Of a stretch of 64,000 bases of DNA, positions 24,724 to 37,576 are shown in pieces (the stretch's first letter is position 1; every line of letters starts with the position of its first letter). The notes under the pieces are model-generated. The model did no database searches. It worked only from the letters and a program-made list of their open reading frames with translations, and had not been told where the DNA came from. The position numbers were made by a program, and so were the translations under genes. The stretch comes from Marsupella aquatica (taxonomy: Eukaryota; Plantae; Marchantiophyta): the NCBI GenBank assembly GCA_973895155.1, contig OZ316894.1, positions 22,167,867-22,231,866 on the forward strand, given 5' to 3'.

Positions 24724-27700
24724 TATGTCATATTTTGATGTGCAATTACCGTGAAAATCAAAACAAATAGACACCCTAGAACAAAGCTTTAATTGGTCAG
24801 ACACATTGTGGACCTAAAGAACCTCTCATAGCCTAGAACCAATAAACTAAAAACTATTGATCACCATTCCCACCTCAAGGGCCCTTTTACCACATGTTTT
24901 ACACATGCTCTGCTCTATCCAGAGATTTGGATGTCGTCCACTCAAGTTTACCAGAGTGATGGTATTTTTTACCAAGCAAAGGATGCCTATTCAATGTATC
25001 CTCCTCTTTCAGAACTATTGCATATTGACCTCTAGAAGAATAATTTATAGAAATAACACTTCTCTTTGTGCTTAGCAGGTCGTCATTAAACACTTTAGAA
25101 AACTTGGGTTGGACAGGTCAGCCTCTTAGACAATAGATTATCACTTTTCAAGCATTACTATTTTAAGCAGCCAATGAATTAAGTTGCACACTAAGAGTGT
25201 TGGTAATCAATGTTGAATCATCAATCCCAACTTGATTTTCAATTGGTTTGTCAAGGTTTTACACTCCAAAAAAATCAAACAAGTTACATTTATATCAAAG
25301 AATATACACAAGGAAATACAAGTCAAGAATGTCTTGACCTTTTTTTTGGCTTGTCTCTGATTCTTGGCACCAACATATCTGTAAGTTTTTCATGAAGTAT
25401 CTAGTAAATACTAGAATCTCTCAGGAAAATGTCCATTTTCCTTTGTCTGACTTTGAGAATTAATCTAAATCTGATTGTTTGAATGTCCCTCACACATGAA
25501 ATAGGGAGGGGCAATAGATAATATTTGAGATTGATATGGGTCAAAGGATCTTTATTAACCCACAAAGAAAGTGAGGGATGGGTGGGACCAATGCAAGATT
25601 GACTCAGAGAGAGAATCTACTATATATGGTCTTTTGTAACTCACAATGTGTACAAGAGATTCTACTGTAGATTTTGTTCCCATATTTTTTTAAAAAAATT
25701 TAAATTTTAAAAAATAATTCCGTATGTTTTAATTATTTCATTAAATATCTTAACACAGAAGATGACCCAATGCTCGTGCGCTGCATGAGTGTGAATGTGA
25801 CCATGTTGTCATTGTGATGCTGAGCAATGAAATGCTCATAGAACATGCATTGTATGTCAAACACCCAATGAGCAAGTAGTACACACAAGATATAAGTGGT
25901 GCACCCCGGGGTTCACCTCTACACAGCTACGTTCATGAGAACACGCAAGAGAACATACTATTGAATTATAGGCTCATCAACCATATGGAGTCTCCATAGA
26001 CTAAGCTTTGACTCCCTATCTTTTACGTGACTCTGCCACAATGAGCCTAAGGTACGTACATTCACAGGCTTAGTCTTGCTAGTGAATATAGTAGTGGCAC
26101 ATATAACCTTAATCAAGTACTTGACTATGGTTAGACTAACTGTGGTCACCAAGTAACTCATGACCCAAAGGTAAAATAATGTCTAACATGTGAAACTGTT
26201 ATCAATGCTAATGACTGCATAGAACACGTCCCGATGATGCAAAGAAGTGCAAGTGACAAGGAAGTTGTTGAAGCAATTTATGTATCATTGCTACAGGGTG
26301 TGTCTTCAAGGCAAGGCAGTCATTCACACATGGAAGTGTTATCAAGGCAAAAAAGTCATTGACAAAAAGAACAATTGTTGAGGGAGGGATATATTGTTGA
26401 GGATGTTGTTGATGCAAAGGTTGATGAAAATTTATTGTAGTAGCAAATCTAGTTAGTAGCATTGCATGTCATGTCGAGTCATGGCACCATGCCATCAAGT
26501 TGACCATTGGTCAGGAGGGCAAGCAAGGGAGTGATTCAAGGGCAAGGTGTGGGCAAAGGAAGAGCCAGACAATTTTTCTTCTCTTTACCGCCCTCCCCAC
26601 TTTCTCTCCTCCCCCTCCTAGCATGGGAGTTTGGCATCGAGGAGGACTGTCATGCGCAGTACCATTGCAGTGGCCCGTCGAAGACATGCCAAACAAGGTT
26701 GAGTGTGTGTACATCAGGCAAGGCAACCAGTGGCACATCAGGAGAGGATGGGCATGGGGTTCAGGTCCACATCAGGTTAGGGGGACAGGTGTGTCAAGGA
26801 AGAGCTGTTAGTGGATGTGGGTGAGAGTGGTTTGGGAAGAATCTGACTCTCACAAAAAGAGCACAAATAACAAATTGCGATAATTCTTTCCCACCCAATT
26901 TTGATTTTGTGAATTAGCTTTTCAGTAACCTGTCCCCCCTAACTGCCCAAATTCAGCATCCAGTCCCTAAAACAAAATTATTTGTTAACCTATCCCCCTT
27001 TCAGTATGTGGGGTACTGGTAGCCATATACTATGTGACCTCTGCGACATGGCACGGTGCTAGCGGCCTAAAGTTTACCGGGCAGTATCCCTGGTCACCCC
27101 CTCCCCATTTCCCATTGCATTGCATCCTGGGCAGGCCCGGGACCGGGAACAACGTCTATTTTCTGTTTTCTGCCTGAGTGGCTTCTCACAAAAGCCCGAT
27201 ATGTTTTGCCTCTCCCTACATGCCTTGTGCCTGCCCTCATTTTTTCTCCTGAAAACACTTTGCAAATGTGCACCCTGGTATTGCGTATGACCCCCCTTGT
27301 GGGCTACCCTACAGAGGTGCATGCTCCAGAGTTGATCGTCTATCCTCTGTTGGATGGGTAAGCTTTCAGTATTTAAGGCAAAAAAAGAATTTGCACACAT
27401 TCTCTTGATTCTCCAGTGTCATCTTCACATTTCAATCTTTGTGCTGGCTGTGGCTGAGGGTGACGTTCATGCTGGTGAAGGGCGACGCAGCAGCAATCAA
27501 GTGCTGGCCAACGGCAATGCAGTGAACATGGCTAGCTCCCACGTAGACAGCAACACAAAGACAAATGTGAACAATAGACGGCACCGATCAACCTAGGGAG
27601 ACCTACATGTGCTCATTCGCAGGTTCTTTTTGGGTGAAAGACAAGAAGGCACAAAACACAGTCTCACTGCGTTTCCGTTCAGAGAAAATGGGGGGCAAAA

Positions 27701-28078
27701 GTATTGGGCTTTCATGAGGAGACAAGCACAGCTGAGTCATTTTTCCTGGTATGCAATGCGATGGGAAATGGGGAGGGGTTGTGCTGCATTGGTCTTTGAT
27801 TCGGCCTGATGTTATTGATGATGCAGGTGCTGCTGGCCTTGTGTGTTTGAATTGGGACCCTTGATTGGTTGCTTTGGGTTTGGTGGGATGGGGACTCTTT
27901 CCCGGCCAGTGAGCCACCTTACCCCTTGGACTAGTTTTGGGCTTGGTTTTGCCCTGGCCTCCCTGGTGGACTTGTCTTTTGATTTTATTTCTTGTGTTGG
28001 TGCTGAATGTTACCCCCTATGTACCATTGGGTTTTCGTGACATAATAAAATTTCAAATTTTTTGAGGAATTAAAAAAA

Positions 28079-28183
28079 CTAGAGTCACATAACACCTTCT
28101 CCAAATCTATCTATCTAAAAATGTGATGGAAAGCTAGGATAGAGGCCTATGGGCTAGAATGAAGCCTCTAGACTGTGACTCTA
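28079..28183. mobile_element. Possible tiny MITE
   Basis: An 11-bp inverted repeat, ctagagtcaca / tgtgactctag, bounds ~105 bp. Confidence 0.35.
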
Positions 28184-29227
28184 GGGCCACAATTACCATT
28201 GGGGGAGGAACACGAAAGGTAACAATTGGATACTCACCATTTATTTATGAGCAAAGCTCTTGGCAAAGCTTAACCAGTTAGGCTAGTTTATTTAGTAGAA
28301 CATGGAGGTGTATGCTTGATCCTTGCTCCCCTCCATGACATAAGACCACCTGGCTGGAAAACTTGGTGTGATGGGCCCCTGGAAACTTTTAGTTAAAAAC
28401 TGAACCCCCTACTAAGACTTCCACATTAACTTTTTTGTGATGTACATGCCTAACTGCGATGTCCATTGCACTTTATCCCAATTGCCAACAACAAAGTCTA
28501 CCACAAGGTTCTAACTAGGGTACCAACCTGTTATGCATGAGTACAAAATGGATTATGTCTACATTTCATTGTAGGCTTTATGGCGTCCGCTGTTACTATA
28601 CATTGAGTTTTTTTTAATATTTTCCTGTGGAGTTCTTGCAGGTTTATAGGTCTTTTCGGGGGCCGGACACAGTGCATTTTGGATTACAAGTGGGAAGAGG
28701 CATTCATTCATAGACAGGAGGGGGGCAGGTGCACATTTCAGATCATAGGTATATTCCCATTCATATAAGTTGCATCTAGTACTTGGGTCCTTGGAAGTTT
28801 GAATCATACGACTCTCCATACATTTTATCCCTTTCCCACTGAGCACTGGTTCTACGTGCAATTTGACCCTAAGTTACCTTAATGCACCTTTCTTGACATT
28901 TCTTTAATCTCAGGTGGGATAGTGGTTCTGGTAATTAATATCTCTTCCGGGATCTTTCCTCCATGAGGCTGTCCTGCTTTTGTCTTGCCTTCTGTTTTTT
29001 GCTCTGGAAACTTTCAGTAGATGCTATTTTTGAGAGTCAAATCAAGGTGGGCATAATCTTACTGAAGTGTGTCTTTCATTTTCATTTCACAGAAATAGAA
29101 AGGTTTTCATCTTGTGGTACTGAAGGTACCCCCATTGGTAGCTTCAATGAAACCAGCAGTGATAGCTTTGGCGGTAGCTTCAGTACATAGCTTCAATGGT
29201 AAAGTGAGTGGATCACGTACTCTACCC

Positions 29228-29572
29228 TGTTGAGCATATACGACAATTGCAACGGCAAGCCCATGAACCATCCAACGCACAAGAGTCGACACAGAGAGAT
29301 ACGTGGTTCACCTCCACATGAAGCTACGTCCACGGGAACACACATGAGCTTTACTGCACTCTAGGCCGACCGGCCATACCAAGCATCCACAGCACAAGCT
29401 CTCTCTATCTCTCAATTAGCTCCGTAACAATGAGCCTGAGTTCCCCCTCTCCAAGCAAACACCGCTTGGTTATAGAGTGTGCACAGCATGACTAACCTAA
29501 CCAAGTCTGCGACTAAGGTTAGCCTTAACTATAGTACATTCGTAACTCTAGACCTAAGAGTAAATCCTAATA
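29228..29572 (-). repeat. Copia 3' LTR
   Basis: tgttgagc...cctaata on +; terminal CA mutated to TA; 11 substitutions relative to the other LTR. Confidence 0.95.
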
Positions 29573-29763
29573 ATCTCCCCCTTGACTCTGGTCTAGGGGA
29601 GGGTAAAGACTGCTACCAATATGACTGCTCAGCGGGAAGTTTTGGAAAGAAAAACCAAACCGGTTTTTCCCTCTTTATACGAGAGTAGACCAGAACTAAG
29701 TCGTAGCCTATACAAGGAATGAGCAAGAGCATATCTCAGTATCTACACAAATGTTAAGTAACC

Positions 29764-32700
29764 CTACTTGTGAGGCAATTGCAAAACTTGCAACGCATCA
29801 CGGTGTCTAGAAAAACTCTCCAAAGGAATCACTTTGGTAAAAGCGTCAGTCGGGTTGAGTTTACCGTCAATCTTGACTAGCTCAAACATATTATCAAACA
29901 CAGCCTGCCTGATAAAATGGTACTTGACGTCGATGTGCTTCACTCTGCTGTCCATCACCTGGTTCACAGCAAGGTGGAGTGCACTCTGACTATCATAATG
30001 GAGCTTCACATTCCCCTATGGCAATCCCATCTCAGTGATAAGTCTATCCAACCAATCGCTTCCTTTGCTGCTTCCGCTGCTGCAACATACTCCGCTTTTG
30101 TAGTAGACTGAGCAATACACTTCTGCAAAGTAGACCTCCAACTTATGCATCCACCTCCAAGTGTGAACATATAACCTATTGTTGACCTCCTCCGATCTAG
30201 ATCTTGTGCATAGTCAGCATCTACATAGCCCATCAATGATCTAGCATTATCAGCATGTGCATCAAACAATAGACCATGATCCACGGTACCCTTCAAATAC
30301 CAAATAATCCACTTCACTGCTTCCCAGTGTACCTTCCCTAGATTTGACATGTACCTGCTCACCTTGCCCATAGCCATGGCAAGATCAGGTCTAGTGCAAG
30401 TCATCAAATACATGAGACTCCCCACTGCCTTGTCATACAGAACCTTTGACATCAACCCCTTCTCTGAGTCATCTGTAGGACAGAAAGCTGATGACAACTT
30501 GAAGTGTGGAGCCAACGGGGTACTTATTGGCTTGCTATCCCCCATGTTGAACCTTGCAATTACCTTCCTTGCATAACTGCTCTGCGTCAACCATAGCTTA
30601 CCAGCCTTCAAGTTCCTAGTGATCTCCATACCCAAAATTCTCTTAGTTGGCCCTAAGTCCTTCATCTTAAACTCTACACTAAGCAATGCCTTGAGCTTAA
30701 CAATCTCAGACCTATCCTTGGCCGCAATAAGCATGTCATCCACATAAAGTACTAAAACAATGAACCCAAAGACAACATTCTTCACCGGTTTAAGATACAC
30801 ACATGGGTCAAACACACTCCTGTGAAAGCCTTGTGCACGGATCCAATCATCAAACCGCTTATTCCACTATCTTGGTGACTGCTTCAACCCGTACAAGGAT
30901 CTCAGCAATCTGCAAACCAAATCCTCTTGCCCTTTCTTCACAAAACCTAGCGGCTGTCTCATGAAGATCACCTCTTCCAAGGTGCCATAGAGGAAAGCTG
31001 TGACAACATCCATCTGATCTAGCAACAGACCAAACACAACAACAAGCACACACAATAGCCGTATTGTTGAGTACTTAGCAACTGGTGAGAAGACCTCATT
31101 GTAATCCACACCTTTTTCCTGTGTGAATCCCTTGGCTACCAACCTAGCCTTATAGACCTTCGATCCACCTCCTGTGGACTGATCCTTCAGCTTGTATATC
31201 CACTTGCTGTCCACCACTTGCTGTCCCTCAGGCAGCTTGACAAGTTCCCAAGTTTTGTTGTCCTTCAGTGACTGCATTTTCGTTTGCATTGCTACAGCCC
31301 ACTCCTGCTTCTCCTTTGAAGCACTTGCTTCATGAAATGAAGAAGGTTCACCTTCTTCCAAAATCAATGCGTCACCCTCATCATTAGTAACAAAGTCCTC
31401 CTCTTGCAATTGAGATGAATCAACCCACCGTCGATACCTTGGTGGAACGCGTACAGTGCGACCAGATGTTCTTCTAGCCAATGACTCCGGTTGATCTGCG
31501 TGTGCTGGTATAATTTGAAGCTCAGCAGCATCCACTTGCTGCTCACCAGCATCAACAAACTCCTCTGGTTCCTCTGGCACAGGAACCAATTCCATAATTG
31601 GAGCAATTCCTTCTCTCCGATCATGCACCTCATAACCAATCTCCCCCTCAATGAGATCCGGGATAGGAGATTTTCCTTTGTCAGTACGGGAGACCTGAGT
31701 ATTCTCCCCTTCCTTCAATAATCTGGATTCATTTAAGAAAATATCCCTACTGACAACGAGCTTACATGCAATAGGATCCCATAGCCTATAGGCTTTCACA
31801 CCACTCTGGTACCCAAGAAAAATACATTTCTTGGAGGTAGGATCCAACTTGGTCCTATTATGCTTCGGTGTGAGAGCATATGCATCACTTCCAAAAACTA
31901 CCAAGCCATGATAGTCTGCTTGCCGCCTATAGCGCATCTCAAACGGCGTTTTAAAATTGATAGCACTAGAAGGAGAAAGATTTACCAAATAAGCTACGGT
32001 ATTGACAGCTTCTGCCCAAAATTCTTGTGATAAACCTGATTGGCTCAACATACTCCGTGACCACTCCAATAGTGTCTGATTGAGCCTCTCAGTGACATCA
32101 TTCTGCTACGGAGTATAAACTATGGTGAGATGGCAAGTTATCCCCTGTTCTGAACAGTACTCTTCAAATTCCACTGAAGTATACTCCCCGCCATTGTCTG
32201 ACCTCAGACTCTTCACCCTTGTATCCAAACACTTGACCGTGTTTCCAGTCTGATTCTCCACCTAGGCCTTCCACTTCTTAAAAATGGACAAGATATCAGA
32301 CTTATGCATCATGAAATAAATCCACACAAATCTTGAGTAATCGTCAATAAATGATACATAGTAAAACTTTCCAGAGTGTGAGGGAGTCGGGGATGAACCC
32401 CACACGTCACTATGTATGTACTCAAGAACTGCTTTGGAACGATGGGTTCCAACACCGAAAGCACGACGATGCTGCTTTCCAAGAATGCAATGCTCACAAA
32501 ACTCTAATTTACAAGATTGCAAATCATAAATGAGTCTATTCTTCCGTAAGATAGCCAAACCCTTCTCACTCATGTGGCCTAGCCGTGAATGCCACAGTTG
32601 AGTCATCTCCTCGTGAGACTTGGTTACATTGGCCTCTCTACATACAATATTTCCCTGTAACACATACAAATTCTTCTGTCTGCTCCCCTTCAAAATCATT

Positions 32701-34056
32701 GTCTCTCCCGACCTGACTTGAAGTTCACCATCAATAACGCTCCATTAATGACCATTTGAATCCAACACACCGAGTGAAATCAGATTCTTACGCATGCCAG
32801 GTACATACCTGACTCCGAACACTGTGCGCACAGTGCCATCAAACATTTGAATCTTCACAGACCCAATTCCCTCAATTTGACAGGAGTGATCATTTCCCAT
32901 CAAAACTGAACCGTTTGAAATAGAGTAAGAACTGAAAAACTCACGAATGTAACAAATATGAAAAGAGCAAGCACAATCATCTACTCTCCTAGATGACGTG
33001 CACAGGGCATACCCCTGGCTTCATAAAACATACTCATCATTGAGTAAATCAACTTCTCCATCAGCCCTAGCCACATTTGCCGATGAAGTTTCCATTGCCT
33101 TTCCCTTACAGTCTCGCTTGAAGTGTCCAACTTGGTTGCACTTCCAACATGTCACCTACCTCCTCTGAGGGGATTTACCCCTGGACTTAGATCTGGATTT
33201 AGATCTAAACTGGGTTCTACGGTCCCTAGTTGGTCGCTGCATACTCCTCCCACGGTTAACATTGAGGGCAACACCAGATGATGAAGGCTGTGACGTGATG
33301 TGCATCTTGTGCTGAAGATCATCACTAAGTAGAGAACTTACCACGTCATTGTATGAAATGGTATCCCTATCACGATGCAACAACACTTGTGATAGGGACT
33401 GGTAAGATGGAGGCAATGAACTGAGAAGCTGTAGAGCCTTTGTCTCATCATTCAAAGTCTCCCCAAGGTTTTCTAAGTCAACAATTATGTCGTTGAAAGC
33501 ATCCACATGGTCTTGCAACTTTGTACCGGATTCCTTCATCCTGAAACTCATCAGTTTGTAGGAAGTGTAGAGCGGGTTTGACAACTCCTCGCGGTGATAT
33601 TTGCTCTGCAATTCCGCAAACAAGGACATGCAATCCTTATGTGCACCCAACTGCTTGATGATGGGAGACATGAGATAGAGTGTAACACACCACACTCCCT
33701 GCTCTTGCATGCGGTTCCATTGTTTCTCATCACCATCGTCTTCACGAGGGCTCAGCAGTTGGCCCATCCCTGACGCATAGAGCACTCCCTTCACCTGCTT
33801 CTCCCATAGCAAGTAGTCAGAGTGCCCATCATACTTTGTCACTTCATACTTGGGTCCCCCAAGCTTGAAAGTCCCCATCTTCTTCTTTGGCACTACCGTG
33901 AGCTCCGGTAGTAGCTTCCTCCACCACACGCCGCACCGGTGATGGTATCGGTGTCACGTGCTCTTCCTCTTGCTCCTCTCTCTGCCCCTCAAACCGCCGC
34001 GGTGATCCTTGGGCTTCAAGTTCCACGTCTTCAAAAAATTCCTCCAAATCACTCAT
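29764..34056 (-). pseudogene. Copia gag-pol polyprotein with several stops and frameshifts
   Basis: gag KYEVTKYDG and knuckle CWKCNQVGHFKRDC; GAG-pre-integrase LWHSRLGHMSEKGL; IN HSDVWG, FIDDYSR and LRSDNGGEY; RT YKARLVAKGF, QMDVVTAFL, LYGLKQSPR and LYVDDML; RH VDADYA and KHIDVKYHFIR. Confidence 0.95.
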
Positions 34057-35576
34057 ATGAGAAAATCACAAAAAATGTCGTTTTCACAACTTCTCAAAAA
34101 ACTTGAAACTCAACACCGCCACGTAGCCCACAAAGCTAGGAGTCCAATACTGAAAACCGAAATCAAAATCAAAATTTGACGGAAAAGTTATTCAAATTTT
34201 GGTCGAGGTGGGTAAAACCTTGGGAAACTCCCCCGTTTTGACCACCTCAGGGAATAACCAAAATATCAAGTACAACCCGTCATCGGAATTGCGATGTGAT
34301 TGGTGCGCCGCATTGCCAACTTCAATGGCTACAACCTCGTAAAAAAAGAACCAAAAAAGTTACCGTTTGGCGGACGGAATCTTTGTCGGATGGCCGAAAA
34401 ACAACTCTCTGTTTTTTGGGAATATTCCGGCACAGTCCAACAAGTCTCACATGGGGCCGTTCCCCCTGTCTAAGCGGTTAAAATGGAGGGTCACAAGGCC
34501 CGGGATGTGGCACAACCAATGAGGAGGAGGAGAGAAAAAACAATTTAAGAAAAATGCACTTTAAAGGGGTCTTAAAGCCCCTGGAAAAGGCGCACGTATT
34601 TGCGGCCACGCGTGCATATTCGTGACCAGAATCGCGTATAAAGTGCAAAAAATGTGAAAAACGAGTTTAAAGGGGTCAAAACACGCGTATTTTTGTGTAT
34701 TCGGGCCATACTAGGGTGTTTTGGGCCGTATTTCACCAGAAAAAGCACATTTTCACGCTTAAAGGGGTGTGGGAGGCCAGGGCGCGCGCCGGGGCATATG
34801 GCAAAGTAGGTTTGTCGGGATTTGAAGGTATACAGGCCATATGGGGGCAAAAAAATGCCCTAAACTAACCTTAAAATGTGCCAAAAAATGACACAAAGGC
34901 CGTGTTACAAACCTCAACTGCCTCCACTTCGGTTTCCAATGAGAAAAGTGATGATCGCCGACATGAAAATGTTGTTGAATTGCACCGGCACGTCTGCAAC
35001 TCCACTAGAAAGAAAAAACCTCTGTCGTGTCTTACTCTTTCCGCGTCAAGGGCCAATCCCGGACTCAAAACGATCGCCTCACCACGATCTCTCCATTGAG
35101 CCTCAGCACTTCGCGTTTCTTCCTCCGAGTCAAGCGTCACAATGAGTAATCCGGTTCAGGGAAAAACAAGCACCATAGCTTGTCAACTTTCACTCGTCAC
35201 GACGCACTCGCTCCACAAATGCCAGCACACTAGGTACCAAAATGACCAGCTCGCTTCAACCTTCAACTTGAGCTATAACATGCGATGCCTCCCGCACCGC
35301 ACAGCTCACACCGTTGAAAAAACAATCTCTGGTCTCTCCCCCGAAATCCCGTCGAACACAAATAAACCTTGAATGATGCAAACTTCAATTCCTCCGCACC
35401 ACGGATACCGATTAGCGAGTTCTAACCACCGTTAGAAAGCCCTCTCACTAACCTATTTGCTCAGCCACACACATTCGAGTTTCATGCGATGAAACCCCGA
35501 ATTCAACACCAACAATGAACGCTGGAAAACCGTCATGAAAAACCTCATCACCTCCCAGGCATGCTCTGATACCAAT

Positions 35577-35921
35577 TGTTGAGCATATACGACAATCGCA
35601 ACGGCAAGCCCATGAACCATCCAACGCACAAGAGTCGGCACAGAGAGATACGTGGTTCACCTCCACATGAGGCTACGTCCACGGGAACACACATGAGCTT
35701 TATTGCACTCTAGGCCGACCGGCCATACCAAGCATCCACAGCGCAAGCTCTCTCTATCTCTCAACTAGCTCCGTAACAATGAGCCTGAGTTCCCCCTCTC
35801 CAAGCAAACACCGCTTGGTTATAGAGTGTGCACAACATGACTAACCTAACCAAGTCTGCGACTAAGGTTAGCCTTAACTATGGTACATTTGTAACTCTAG
35901 ACCTAAGAATAAATCCTAACA
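35577..35921 (-). repeat. Copia 5' LTR
   Basis: tgttgagc...cctaaca on +; adjacent to the PBS. Confidence 0.95.
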
Positions 35922-37154
35922 TACCCCATATAACTGTATCAGTTGTTGAATGAAGATATCCATTTCAAGTATCTCGAGTGTTTGTGTAATTATTGTGGTC
36001 AAATGACTACTTGTGTTGTGATGAAGATGATGGTGTCATTCATGGTTACCTTTTCCTTAAGGACCCACTTTAAGCAGGGACAATACCCAAAAGTAGTTCA
36101 CCGGGGTAGAGCATTCTGGAAGTTTTCTCCATACTGACACAATTTTGGGTTTGGCTTTGAGATTTTTTGTTGAACATGAATATAAAAATTGCATCACCTT
36201 GGTACTAGTTTCTTTGACTTAATAAATTTGCATTAATTTTGTTACATCTTCCCCCTTGACCCCCTTGAACATAATGAAGGATTGTATCCCAGGGACAGTG
36301 AATGTTCAACATGGTTTCATATTTGGATTTACAATCTTATGCATTATGTCTTCACTGTAAGAATTGACTCCTATTCTTCATCTCATTCTTGCACACCAAC
36401 TTGCACACCCAACAACACAACCACAGCAACAACATGGTAGAAACTACCACATGGTAAAAAAATTGCATTGCCAAAACAAGGCTACATGTCTGAACAACTA
36501 TAACATGTCTCAACATTCAACTTCCATGCATGTCTCACCTAGAATTGTTTGCATGCGTTTTTGCATCCTCACCTTGCTTGCATTTCTTTGCCTTGTGCAC
36601 CCCAACATCTTATGTGCACCTTACAGGCATTGGGCTAGTACTTCATAAAACACATAAGAAAGGTAGGATAAGGACCCATGTCTAGAGTGAACCCTCTAAA
36701 CTTAGGTGCGGTTTGGGATGAACAAATGAGCATGACAATATTCAACATCTATTTATGAGCAAAGCTTGTAAATGGTAAATAATAAAATTGAGCACTCAGA
36801 CTAGTCATTATACATAGAAAAGACCAAAAAACAGGGCAGTTTTCTCTTTTCTTTGGTCTTCAAGATGTGAATAGGGCCATCCATTGTCCATTTGAGACAT
36901 ATAGCTCCAACTCACTTTACAAAATTATCTAAAAATATGTTTTTAGACAATTGCTCACTCTTACCATGATAAACCAAACCATTTTCTTTAAGTCAATGAT
37001 TTTAGACGGTGATTGGTATTTTAAAAAACCCAATCATGAAACAAAATCCTGGATGAACCGAGACATTGTCCCTAGCCATCCCCATGGAATGCGTAAAGCA
37101 ATTGTTGCTTTTACACCAAAACAAAAAAAGAACCAGTCGTGCATCCTAGTTGAC

Positions 37155-37370
37155 TAGTTTGACTACCTTGGGGAGAATGTAATCAAGACTTCATGGTGAT
37201 CCTGACTAATGACATGATATTTTTCAAGTTAAAGGTTGTCAAGTTATCAAGTTATTGAAGAAACCGGTTTGACTACCTTGGGAAAAAAGTAGTCAAGACT
37301 ACACAGTGATCCAGAGTAAAGACATGATGTCCTTCAAGTTTAAGGTCGTCAAATTATTGAGTAAATCAGT
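37155..37370. repeat. Degenerate tandem duplication (~110 bp)
   Basis: gtttgactaccttggg...caagact...gtgatcc...gacatgat...tcaagtt.aaggt.gtcaa occurs twice. Confidence 0.6.
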
Positions 37371-37576
37371 TCCATAATGTAATTTGAAACCAATTGTAAA
37401 TAGTAAAGAGATTGTTTACAGGTCACATGTCATAAAAAATGTAAACAATATTATCTAAAATAAGTAAAATATTCAGAGCAAATAGCAAATCCATCCAAGT
37501 TTTTGCCAGTTTCATTTGGACTTCATAAACAAAATCAATGATTATTTAAAAAAAATCTATCTAAGTGCCTATTTTT

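Larger units (their letters stand above)
29228..35921 (-). mobile_element. Full-length Ty1/Copia LTR retrotransposon (Tnt1/Tork-like), disabled
   Basis: 345-bp LTRs at 29228-29572 and 35577-35921; TSD taccc at 29223-29227 and 35922-35926; PBS tggtatcagagc (35563-35574, complementary to tRNA-iMet); PPT next to 29573; domain order gag-PR-IN-RT-RH. Confidence 0.97.

Noticed and set aside
23955-24770. Cluster of overlapping ORFs on both strands
   Set aside because: Translations of the Helitron minisatellite; low complexity.
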